From Azolla caroliniana (Eukaryota > Plantae > Polypodiophyta): a DNA stretch of 64,000 bases. The position numbers were made by a program, and so were the translations under genes. Shown here piece by piece: positions 36,976 to 49,171 of the stretch. Position 1 is the stretch's first letter; each line of letters starts with the position of its first letter. The stretch lies in contig JBHGNT010000013.1 of the NCBI GenBank assembly GCA_043228905.1, positions 20,646,001-20,710,000 on the forward strand, read 5' to 3'. The notes below the pieces were generated by a model. That model had not been told where the DNA came from, made no database searches, and was given only the letters and a program-made list of their open reading frames with translations.

Positions 36976-39185
36976 CCGTTCACGGTAGCTGGTCATGAAT
37001 GCTAGAGTTTCCTCGATGGATTCAGTGGCTATAATCAAATCAGAATGCACCTGGACGATCAGGAGAAAACGGCGTTTGTCACGGAATGGGGTGTCTTCAT
37101 GGTCGAGGTAATGATGTTCGGATTAAAAACGGCACCGACCACATTCCAACACATCATCACAGAGATTTTCCATGAGTATATCCCGGCGTTCATGCAAGTG
37201 TTCCTTGACGACTTTGCCGTGTATGGCCAGCGGCTGGAGCATATGACCCAGCTACGCCTCTGTCTCAAGCGATGTCGACAAGCTCGGTTGAGCTAAAATC
37301 TGGCAAAATGCACGTTCTTGGTGACAAGCGACAACCTGCTCGGGCACATAGTCAGCCAGGAAGGTATCACCATGGACCCGGATAAAGTGCATGTCATTCT
37401 GAATGCTCCCACGCCCTCTACCGCAAAGGCTCTTAGCCGATTCCTGGGCTAGATCAAATGGCATAGTCGGATGTTACGACACTTGGCCGATTTCGCGACT
37501 CCATTACACGCGGTTGTGCATCGACTTCCATTTCAGTGGTCTTCAATAGAAGACGAGGCTTACCAAGCCTTGAATTTAATGCTCTCCCACGCCCCTGTTG
37601 TACAGCCACCAGCCTGGTCGGAACCTTTTCACGTCTTCGTAGACGCATCAAATATAGCCATAGGCAACGCGCTCATGTAGCGCACACCACCAAATTGGTA
37701 TCGGTCAGTGTATTACGCTAGCCAACGACTCTCAGCCACAGAGAAGAACTACTCAACAACGAAACATGAGGCCCTCGGTATGGTCTACAGGATCAACAAG
37801 TTCTGGCATTACCTCTTGGGCCAAAAGTTCACATTCCACGTTGATCACTCGGCTCTCCTCTACTTGGTTGATAAGCATGCTCTCACAGGTCGCCTAGCCC
37901 GATGGATGCTCCTGCTACAAGAGTTTGATTTTCAGATCCAGCACCGGCCCGGAGTCCAACACACCGTAGCTGACTACCTGAGCCGTCTTGAGTCAAGAGA
38001 ACCAGCCAAGTCCACGTACGATGATCTACCCGACGCCGCCCTTTTTAGTCTCGCAACGGTGCCTGATGAACATGAAGACGAATGGATAACGGAGATGGCC
38101 CATTTTCTTAGCACCGGCCTTCCTCCCAAGCACTTGACCCTCGATGCTCGGAAACGACTAGCAATTAGGAGCCAAAACTTTTGTTTGGTCTCTGACACCC
38201 TCTACCACAAAGGCTCGGGCGGCATCTGGCGCCGTGCAATCCGTCAATTTGAGAAACACGCAATCCTCCAGGAGGCACATCACAGAATCTCGGGGGGACA
38301 TTACGCTGGAGAGGCCACGGCAAGAAAAATATGGCAGAGTGGCTTATGGTGGCCCACAACAAAAAAAGATGCTCATGAATTCTGTCGACAGTGTGACCTA
38401 TGTCAACGCATGGGACAACCGACCGAGCAAGCCCAGATGCCGCACCAACCCATTCTTCCGTTAGAGCCATTTCAAAAGTGGGGGTTAGATTTTGTGGGGC
38501 CTTTCAAACCAGTCGCGGCCCGCACCGGTAACAAATACATAATAGTGGCCACAAACTATTGCACAAAATGGGTCGAGGCTAAGGCACTACGAGACAACAC
38601 AGCTGCATCCACAACAAAATTTGTATACGAACATCTATGGTGCCGTTATGGATGCCCAATCGAGCTCATTAGTGACCAAGGCGGGCATTTTATAAACCAC
38701 ATAATTCGCGAGCTCACTACACACTACGCGGTCGTACATAAGAAAAGCACACCGTACTATCCTCAAGCAAACGGATTGGTGGAGTTTACTAATAAAATTT
38801 TGCAAACAATCCTGAAAAAAATTGTCAATGAGAACCACACCGATTGGGATGCGAGGCTCCAGAGTGCATTATGGGCATATCGCACCACATTTAAAACTAA
38901 TATTCAATCTACACCCTTTCGGATGGCCTTTGGTTTGGAAGCAGTCATGCCGATCGAGTTCCAAGTTCCGAGTCTCCGAGTTCAGGTTAAGGAAAAGCTA
39001 CCCAAGGCCCAATCAGAGCAATATCGGCTCGAACAACTCCTCGAACTCGGCGAACATCGAGTGACCAACATGGCTCAACTAGAACAACGCCAACGACAAC
39101 GCAAAGCCTTCGTCGATCGTCACCGGAAAGGTACGGAGAAAACACTGACCATCAACAAACCGGTATTGGTCTTCCAAACTCGACT
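36976..39185 (+). mobile_element. Outer gypsy element, 3' part: repeated RT segment, RNase H, integrase (truncated)
   Basis: FVDASNIAIG, EKNYSTT, integrase HHCC and WGLDFVGPF...ELISDQGGHF. It ends abruptly at VFQTRL. Confidence 0.92.
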
Positions 39186-42100
39186 CGATGTCTGATTCAA
39201 CCATGGAGGCTACTTCATTGAGATGGAAGGCCGACTCATTACTTGTGCTGGAAGAGAACGCCGAATGTATCCTTGAGTCGAACGAGGTAAAATCGGCCAT
39301 GTTCGCAAAGGGCCATAAAGCCAACACCGACATAAAGTTATGGCACAAATGGGTCGGTCACATCAATCTCCAGCAAACGAAAAGAGTCGTCATCAGACTC
39401 CCTACCTTTACTGAGAAGGAGATTGCAAGCGTATGTGATGTTTGCCAATTTGGCAAACAACATTGGCACCCGTTTCCAAAAGAGAGGAATGTGAACAAAG
39501 GCCTACTGGATGTGGTCCACTCTGATGTGTGGGGACCGACATAGACAGCCACATTCGGAGGATGTCGATTTCTACGTCACATTCATTGACAACTTCTCCA
39601 AATAGACCTGGATTTATCCGATGCGCCACAAGAGTGAAGTGTTCGCACACTTCCAAAAGTTGAAAAGCGAAGTCGAAAAGGCAACCAACAAGCATGTAAG
39701 ATGTCTTCGTTCAAACGGAGGAAGAGAATACTTTTCTGACAATTTCACACCCTATCTCCGACAAGAAGGCATTCGGAGAGAATTCACCTACCGACACACT
39801 CAACAAAATGGAGTAGCCGAACAAAAGAATCAGCACATCTCAAGGTGGCTAGGGCTATGATGAACAAGAAAAACCTGCCAAAATCGTATTGGGCCAAATC
39901 AATGAATATTGTTGTCTACCTCATGAACCAACGCGATGTAACCCCTCACGAGAAATACTATGGAAAGAAGTCGAACTTATCCCACATCATGATGTTTGAC
40001 TCAATTGCATTCGTACACATTCATTCAAAATCGGAAAAATGGGGCACTCACTGGAACAAAAAGGGTACAAATGCTTTAACCCCTCTTCTTGAAAGGTTCA
40101 CATTATTCGGGACATGGTATTTAACGAATCGGCATTGTGGTACCAACCTACGCAAACTCCGCTCGAACCATTTACGACTGACCTTAACAACACGGAGGAC
40201 AATGATCAGTTTAGGTCAATATCCGAGGAGAGTCTAATCTCAACCAGATTGAGCGGACCATAGGAACCTCTAGCCATGGACCCGATTCAGTTTCGGTTTG
40301 GTTCAGTTTCTTAGCCTTGAAACCAAACCAAACTGTTTAAAAATTTTGAAGCCATTTAAATCGAACCGTTAAACCAAACTGTTTAAAGAATAGGAGAAAC
40401 CAAATCGTTTAAAACCAAACCAAACCATTTCTTATTAATATTAATCATCATACTTATTATAAATTTGTGTGAGAAAATCATCATAAATTTTGTCATCATA
40501 CTTATCATAAATTTGATCATCATACTTTCATAAATTTGATCATTATACTTATCATATTTTATTATCATAAATGAAAAGGTGACTCTATATATAATGTATA
40601 TAAAATTTAATAAGTTAAAACTAGAGTTTAAATTTAAAAGTTGAAAGTTAGAGCCTATAGGGAAAAGTTAAAGCCTATAGGGAAACCGAAACCAATTAGT
40701 AACATTTGAAACCAAACCAAACAGTTTATTTATCTTCGAACCTATAAATCATTAAGCCACGGTTTATCAGTTCGATTTGAGCCAAAACCAAGCCCATTGC
40801 TAGGAACCTCCAAGCAAGAGGACATGTGCCGAATTGGACAAAGGCAAAGACAAAACGCCGAAATATGAAGACAACCATTCCGATGGACGCGAGTCAACTC
40901 ACTCACCCGACAGTGAGTATGGCGGATTGGATGTGCCCATTATGTCAAGGACACCTAGAGTGAAGAAGGGCATTCCCACATCAAATGAAAAACTTTGACG
41001 CTCCAACCGTGAGAAGAACGTCGTCAATCGATTCAACTATAATGATTATATGACATATCATTATGCCTTTATGATGAAGATGGCAACTGCCCGTGAAATG
41101 AAAAGTTTTACTGAAGCCGTTAAGGATCCACAATGGGTTGAAGTGATGAACAAGGAAATGCAAGCCCTCGGCAAAAACAATACCTAGGATCTTGTCCCCT
41201 CTTCACTAGAAGGCAATTGGTTGTCGGTGGATATACAAGGTGAAGCACAACACCAACAACACCGTTAATCGACATAAAGCCAAACTCATCACAAAAGGTT
41301 ACGCATAGACACACGTGGTCAATTACAAAGAGACCTTTGCCTCGGTGGCAAAGATGACGACCATCCAAATCGTAATCGCACTTGTAGCAGTCGAAGGGTG
41401 GCACCTCCATCAAATGGACATAAAGAACGTTTTTCTTCAAGGCGAATTAGATGAATTGTACATGGTACAACTTCCCGATTTCAAGTCGAGCACACACTCG
41501 CAAGCGGTATGCCAACTCAAAAAGCCTCTCCAAAGTCTCAAGCAAGCACCTAGATCATGGCATTCGAAGATAACTCGGTATCTTCATCAAATCGGCTTCA
41601 GAATGTCCAAGTCTGACAATCGACTTCAGAATGCTCAATAGTGCGACTCCAAAGGACATATATTCATCATTATATATGTCGACGACTTGATGATCTGAGG
41701 AGAACACCTCACCGATATCAATCACATCAAGGAACTTCTCTCCCATCGATTCGAAATGAAGGACATGAAGGAGCTCCATTACTTCCTAGGTATAAAAGTA
41801 ATTTGAACCCCAATCAGGATTATGATCTCCCAATAACACTACATCCTCAACTTGTTATACAAGTTTGGGATGATAGAGGGCAAATATGTGGCAACCCCTC
41901 TTGATCACAACCTAAAGCTAAATGTTGACTCGAGCACAGAAGAGTGTGCCTCAACTCAATATCGTCAGTTGGTAGGTAGCCTGATCTATCTCGCCATTAC
42001 ACAACCCAACCTCAGTTATTTAGTCGGCCTCCTTAGCCCATTTATGTAGACACCACGTAACATTCACTTGGATTGTGTTAAGCGAGTCTTGCACTATGTG

Positions 42101-43082
42101 AGTGGTTCGATGGATTGCATCATCCTCTACAAATCGACCACACTGAGTTGACTCTAGGACTCTAGGGGTACACTAATGCCGACTGGGATGGCTACAAAGT
42201 CGACAGACAATCAACCTCTGGATTCATCTTCTCCTTTGGCAATGGAGCTATATCCTAGAGGAGTAAGAAGCAACCGATAGTCGCACCATCTAGCACAAAG
42301 ACAAAATATAGGGACGCAATCGTTGCCGCATGTGAAGTTGATCTAATCATCCTACATTGCAACAACATGAGCAATATCCACCTGGCTCGAAACTTGGTTT
42401 TCCATGCTCGGACTAAGCACATTGAGGTACTTTATCACTTCATTCGAGAACATGTCCTAGCTAGAGATGTCTACAAGTTGTCGACTTCCAACACATTAAC
42501 ATGAACCTTCATACGGCCGACATATTCATGAAGGCTCTAAGAGCCGACAAGTTGCAACAATTAATGACAAACTTAGGACTCTTGACCGCCAACCAACCAA
42601 GCTTGAGGGGGAGTGAGGAGCTGCTACCTGACACGGAGTGAGCATAAAGAAGACGTGGAACCAAATAGAGTAGAACGAACACAAAGAACAAAGTGAGCAA
42701 ACCATCCACAACCAAAGCCAAAGATTACTATCGAAACCGACTGGATACTAATTAAGATCCAAGTCGATTGTCCAACGATCGAAAGTTGTGTTTGAAGGAA
42801 CGTGTTGAGAATCAAACAGCCTCCCTAGTGTGGGAACACACCGTAGGAGCATCCAAGTGTGTGGACACCCCACTACTTTGAATCATAACTAATATGTCAT
42901 AGAACTTAATTCCTATGACACATAGTTAATAAGCAGTTAAGTCTCCACCTCTATCTCATAGAGGTAGTTGTAATAAGAGAGTATAAAGAGAAGGTGACTA
43001 CACAAGGACCTTCTATTCTTTGTAACTATTGTTGGCTATTTTTCTTGTTAACACAATTTTCTAGCTTTCTGTATACTTGTGT

Positions 43083-43117
<35 letters not shown>

Positions 43118-43157
43118 TATTTCTTGCGCTGCACAGAATCACACACGATTCTTCACA
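39186..43157 (+). mobile_element. 5'-truncated degenerate Ty1/copia element with 3' LTR 42803-43157
   Basis: GAG-pre-integrase LWHKWVGH, integrase VHSDVWGP / LRSNGGREY / QQNGVAE, RT LHQMDIKNVFLQG and IYVDDL, RNaseH FHARTKHIEV. LTR termini TGTTGAGAATC / GATTCTTCACA. Confidence 0.88.
40271..40802. mobile_element. hAT-type MITE inserted in the copia element
   Basis: Exact 8-bp TSD GGAACCTC (40263-40270, 40803-40810). TIR TAGCCATGG / CCATTGCTA. AAACC/AACCG subterminal motifs and an AT-rich core. Confidence 0.9.
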
Positions 43158-43869
43158 TGGTATCGGAGAGATGGGTAGCTTGATCTAAGCCCATCAGCTT
43201 GATCTCACACACGATTCTTATGTTGCTAAATGACTAACAATTTAGTCATAAGTATGTGAATGCTTGAAGAGTATACAATATTGAGGTGTTCATGTCTAAT
43301 AACATTATAAAAAACAATTTAACTAATGAATATATAATGAGAAGTGTCCACCTCATATAACATTAAAAGATCTTTAGAATAAGGGTCATAAAGCTACTCC
43401 GTTCACTTGATTTGTAATAAGATTAGTCATGTATGGGGTTCATGAATCTTTATACGACATAATTATGATGTATGGACTTGTATTCATGTGGACTTTTTAT
43501 ATCACGTGATGTATTCGCAAATAAAGATCAACATTGTGATTTCCCTCTCCATCAATAGATTGGCCGAAGTAAGTCAATATCCATATTTTCTAACTGAAAA
43601 TGACCCCTACCAATGTAAAGTGAGAAGCATATTACGTGAAAATAACAAAACATAAAAAAGAACCAAAGTAATTGTAAATACATATTTAAAAAATGTGTAG
43701 ATTATATATGCCTTCATTTCTATCCTTCAAAATTACAAAATTTTGACTATGCGTATGAATACCACCGTACTTTTATAGTATTGATCTAGCTATCAATAAC
43801 AAAGCTTGAAAATGTTACTTGTTTCATACGGGATGTGGTGTCTCTTTTACCACAAATGTGCAAAATCCT

Positions 43870-46613
43870 CTAAGCCTTCTTTTTTACTTCTGACTTCTGA
43901 TGCATCATGCTTGAGAGTTTATTTATTTCATAAAGAAGGCCCACAGAGAAAATAGCACTGCACAGTCAAACAATTTCATCAGGCACTTTAGAGTGCATGT
44001 GGTATATATACAATTAAGGTGTATATAAGGATTCAAATTTATCGATTGTTATATGCATATATATGTGGGGACACTTATAGCTAAGGTGAGTTTGTGAACA
44101 TAAGAATGTAGACATGCCCAGAGTTCAACTTTATGCATTGTTAGATGCATACATGTGGGCACACTAATTACTACGTTAAGTTTGTGTACAAATGAATAAA
44201 GATTTAAAGAGATAAATACATAGCACATCCACCTTCATTTCTTAAGTGGCAACATGCATACATACATGTAACACTATGTACATAAGAATGAAGCTTGAAC
44301 TATGCACAAGGTTGGATCCAAATATACACATTTACTTCATTTCTTTTAAAGCATTTAGTTATGGTTAAGATAGGAAATGCATATAAACATACTCTTCAAG
44401 AAATTTTACAAATATCAACCCTAATTGGATACAGGTTTGAAACCTAGAAATAATTTGTAAGGCGTTTCACATTTGTAAGATGAACATGAGATGAGAGAAT
44501 ATCTAATGGATATTAAAACAATTTGATCCATATTGTAAAAAATCTTCTTTTCTCTCACTCTCTGTGCTGTTCTTACAAACATGAATGAGATGAGAGAATA
44601 TCTAACGGACATTAGAACAATTTGATCTATATTGTAAAAAATATTTTCTCTTCTCTCGCTCTCTTTGCTGTTAGATCTATTCCTCCATCTCTCATTCAAG
44701 GTGGTTTGTCATAGTAGGATTTAACTTTGATTTCTAAGCAGCCTCAATCCATACTAAAAGTATCAATTTACACATCCATCTGAAGAAAGTAAGACTTACC
44801 AGGTTGTCACACACACTCTGTGGACAGTCCCTGCAGTCACAACAGCAATAAACTCTGCCAGGAGTACTGAAAAGGTCACATGTAATGGATTAGTTCTTGA
44901 TTCATTCAACCAAGAATGTAGATGTTAAATTTAACATCTTTAAAAGCCCAATGTGGCCTATGAGATCAAGATTTACATGCATGTAAATCATATGGAATTA
45001 CAGGTAAATAAAGCATAAATTTTAAAAACTAAAATAAAATAAAAATGCGTGAAGGAGAATGTAAAGCAAAGCACATACCACCTCCCCAACCAGTTCGCAT
45101 GTTAATTGATTCTTGCCAATTTCCAATGAACTATACAAGAAATATATACACATACCACAGAGGTATTTATATTTAGAAACAAACAGAGAGACTTTGGTTC
45201 AAGTTCAGAAAAGCTAAACTATGGTGATCTCTGAAGGCAGATAAATTAGTGTTCCTCCACCGGAATTAAGACTCACCGTTAAAGCAAGAAGAAAAAGCAA
45301 TGAACTTATGAAGCCTCCTATAATAGTGTAAACCTCTGATGAGGCCAACTTCTCCTTGTACATTTGTTGGAGAGAGAGAGTGATAATGAAGAGCAGAAAT
45401 GAGTAAAGCATCGAGCTCCCCACAGGCGTCATCTGCTGTTTTGCTGGAATGAATATATAAGCAAAAAGTAGTTAACATGGAAGTTACAAAAAGAAAAAAA
45501 AACTTTAAATACGCTCTTTTCACTAAGGTCCCAGTTTCACATAGCAGACAAAACATTGAAGTGATTAGATAAGACAAACTCTCTCTTTTGAATCAACAGC
45601 GCACAAGTTAAAATACCATTTTTGGCACATACCCTGGTACCAGTATCATGTCCATGCTGAAAACTTTCAATCCTGCCATACACTCCTCAGAAACTTAAGA
45701 AACTATGACCCTTACTTTCTTACAATCAATGAATTCCAGCCACGTTCGCACCACACTCTTTTCGAAAGCTAGCATCTACACCTTGTCACCCCAGCTTAAG
45801 GAAAAATGGTAATGGAGTCCAGATGTGGAATCTGGACTTGCATATGTGCCCCATGCAACCATCCATGATCCTTTATATTGTATGATCCACACCCAAGTAT
45901 GAATAAAGTTCAAATGTCTTATTATAGCTTGTTATATATCCAGTTTCTCACGCATAAACATCTATTCATTTATAACATACCAGTGTGAAAGCCCAATTAT
46001 CAACAAATTCATAAATGAGGAGCGAACAATCATCCACATTGTCGCATATATTTAGGCATCCTCCTCTACATCCTCTTTTTCTCATACTATACCTTTTTGC
46101 CTCTCACTGTGATCAAATAATACATCTACAACGGTTACATCCAAGAAGATCATGCTATATAACTCAGAGACATGCCATGCAAAATCGATTATTGGAACGG
46201 TTTTTGTCAATCCTGACTTGACGAAAGGAGAAAATGTATGCATATATTCTACGCCTAATATATGAATGTGTATATATGTCATTTATAAGGTTTTTAACAT
46301 ACTCATACATTAAATACCTAATGGAAAAAAATATGGCATGGTTCGAGACACAAGCATTACAAACCATTGTTTTCCGAGGTTTCTTGGCCACCATGGATTA
46401 GCAAGAACTAAGCCCGTTCTAACACCTCTTAAATTAAGAAAGAAAAGGAAATGGTTTGAAGATCTTTGTAAATTTGTTTGAAGTTCTTTGTAAAATTGTT
46501 TTCAGATCTCTGAGGCAAGGAACCTATCATTATGTTGATATGAAGTAATAAATCCAAAGTGGAAAACTCTTGAGTGTGTGCGTGTACTGACCTTGCGTCG
46601 CCGTGGCAGCCAT
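43870..46613 (-). CDS. KRTCAP2: Keratinocyte-associated protein 2 (KRTCAP2/KCP2)-like oligosaccharyltransferase subunit. Exons 46613-46592, 45443-45277, 45130-45079, 44866-44800, 43957-43870
   Basis: Spliced MAATATQAKQQMTPVGSSMLYSFLLFIITLSLQQMYKEKLASSE...FIGNWQE...TGWGGVLLAEFIAVVTAGTVHRVCVTTC...LLYEINKLS...KKKA*. It ends in a KKxx-like ER motif. Exon 1 is less certain. Confidence 0.88.
44487..44673. repeat. Tandem duplication (about 99-bp period) in KRTCAP2 intron 4
   Basis: ATGAGATGAGAGAATATCTAA...ACAATTTGATC...ATTGTAAAAAAT occurs twice. Confidence 0.85.
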
Positions 46614-46809
46614 CGCCGGAGCTTGGTCGAGATCTGCAGCAACTCCAAAAGAAATAAACGCAGAGCCCAAATAGCAGTCGGGTATAAATTACATATATAC
46701 ATATCTACATATCTTATTTCCCTCTCTCTAGGACTTCCTTTTTCTAGTGAGAAGAAATTATATATATGGATGAAACCTCTCTCTCTCTCTCTTTTTATCG
46801 TAATTACCA

Positions 46810-46945
46810 ATTTACCTTACCCTCTATTAGCACTATGTCTTGGGTTCGAAACCTGATTTTCTCACCTTTCTATAATACTCCATACATTTCATCGTAATTT
46901 ACTAGATGCATTTGTGGAATGTAGGGGGTTGAACCCATGACTGAG
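46810..46945 (-). repeat. tRNA-derived (SINE-like) repeat, second copy of 61543-61745
   Basis: TATGTCTTGGGTTCGAAACCTGATTTTCTCACCT...ACTAGATGC..TGTGGAATGTAGGGGGTTGAACCCATGAC matches the reverse complement of the 61.6-kb copy. Confidence 0.65.
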
Positions 46946-47224
46946 GGCGACCAGGTTGATGATATTTTCGGTCCTTCACCTGTTCACTCCCATCTGTTGC
47001 CTACCTCAAGAGCACCATCCGATAATTGAAAGCTTTTGATCCAATCGAATAAGATTCATTACACACGTATAAGAAGTTCTCATCCCTCTCAAATGAATCG
47101 AATCATTGTCTCGGAAATCCGCATAAGCCTTCAGATAACATACATATATGGACAACGTTCATCCCTTTGAAATGAACCGAACCAATGTTTTGGAATTCCA
47201 TGCATGCGTTCCAATTCATTGAAT

Positions 47225-47256
<32 letters not shown>

Positions 47257-47258
<2 letters not shown>

Positions 47259-47769
47259 AAAGTCCTATTTGCCCCCCCATTTTGGCTATCCCCCCCCCCT
47301 TAAATTTATAGAAAGTAATATACCAAATGAAATTGTTTATTAATTAATTAATAAACTCAGCATAGCTCATATTCTCGCAATAGCTGCCTTTTTACTATGT
47401 AGTCCACAATCCCGTTTTCTTTGAGAAGTTTGCTCTAACGAAGAATGGGCAATCCATTAGATGAGTCCCCATTTGTCTTTTGGGAGTATCGTCATTCAAG
47501 CCTAGAGGGTTGCGATATTTCCCCCCATAGTAGCATTTGAAAGTGACTTTTCTGTTGTCGCTATGCTTATCCAATACAACGATGATATTCTAAGCACGGA
47601 AATGGTGCTTTATAAAACTGATCAGAGCCTCTCTCTTGGTGAAGGTTTTATCGATAATTGAAGCTGAAGACTCTTGTTGAGACATGTTGTTGAACGAGGT
47701 GAGAACTATCAAAAATTGTAAAAAAAAGGGGGGGGGATAGCCAAAATGGGGGGGCAAATAGAGCTTTCC
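47257..47769 (-). mobile_element. Non-autonomous Mutator-like element in a (TA)n tract
   Basis: About 41-bp TIR GGAAAG(TC/CT)CTATTTGCCCCCCCATTTTGGCTATCCCCCCCC. The internal minus-strand remnant TFTKREALISFIK...VTFKCYYGG...MDCPFFVRANFSKKTGLW resembles the FAR1/MuDR DNA-binding domain. Confidence 0.85.
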
Positions 47770-49171
47770 TATATATATATATATATATGTGTTGGAAGTT
47801 TTTATGCCTCTACAACAAATCAAACCAATGTTTTGGAAATCCATGGACTCTGCAGTACAAATATTATTGCCATTTGACTCACGAGCATCATAAAAGATGA
47901 AGTGGTTTGGATTAATCCAATATGTACATAAGAAGTTTATATCCCTCTTGAAGAAACCCAACAAGATAATCTTTTTATGTTTACATGATGATGTGGTGCA
48001 TGTCTCTATGAAGAACTAGACAAGTAGCTTTATCAAGGATCATTAAGCAACACAATGTAGATTATTAGAACATGCATATGAGTGATAAGACAGCCACCAT
48101 AATAGTAGAAGTGAAACACCAATTTATCCAACTCTATGCAAAACTAGAGAAACAAAGGGCCATTTATGGCACCATTGAATCAAAGTTAGAAGAGTTAGAT
48201 ATGCACACAAAGTAAAAGTATTATCCAAGAACTTGCACATTTGAATGACTTCCTAGCCGAGAGGGATCATCATCTTGATGCTCAAAATAAGCTGTTAGCC
48301 AACCTCATAAAGGATGTTTCAAAATAACCACTCAAGACAACACCACCACCATCTCAACCCCAACAAGGTATGCAAAATCATAATTGTAACCTGATCGAAT
48401 GAAAATTAAAAAAAGAGGGATGCCATTGAGTGACACACATGCGAGCACTTGTGTACCAAGCAAATATCTACTAAAAGTTTCCTGCATTTATGAGAAGGTC
48501 ATATGTTGTGTGGGAGGAGGAGCAATGTCACATTTTTTTTCCCTAGGAGTATTTTTGTTAAGCAAAGACTTGAGAAGCTCAATCTTCCTAGATCTTTGTT
48601 AGGAATTTCCCTTACGATTTTTTGCTTCAGTAATTATTTCATTACTTACAATATTCATTCATTTCATGTCAAAAACATAGCCTCCAAAAAGGTTCAAAAA
48701 ATGGATGGTTAGCAAAAATAATGCATGACTGCCAAATTTATAAAATACATTTGACGCAATGCATAAATAGGATAGATATAGAAGTGTTTATACCAGAATT
48801 CCTATGCCAAAAAAGTGTAATGTATGGCTGATACAATGTAGATAATGCATATAGCTCATACAATGACATAAAATAGTCACATATTAGTTAATTAAGAACA
48901 AAAGTATGTAGAGAACCAAGATTCCAAGAAGATCGATTAACAAGAAAGTCCTTTTCCACGTGCAGTTAGCAAAAGGAAAATAACCAATGTATAGAAACCT
49001 TATTATGTTAAGATCTGAAGTCAATTTATACTTATTACAATATGATATTTGATCAATACAATAGTCACCAGTGACCAAAACCCACTGTATTCCATTGGGC
49101 ATCTGTGTTGGAGAAGTTAACTCCAATTAAAGACAGTGCATTTCAACCATACAAAAGATCGTAACTTTTTT

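Noticed and set aside
40440-40570. Regularly spaced ATCATCATACTT repeats resembling an array
   Set aside because: This is a low-complexity MITE interior with no unique spacers. It is not CRISPR-like.
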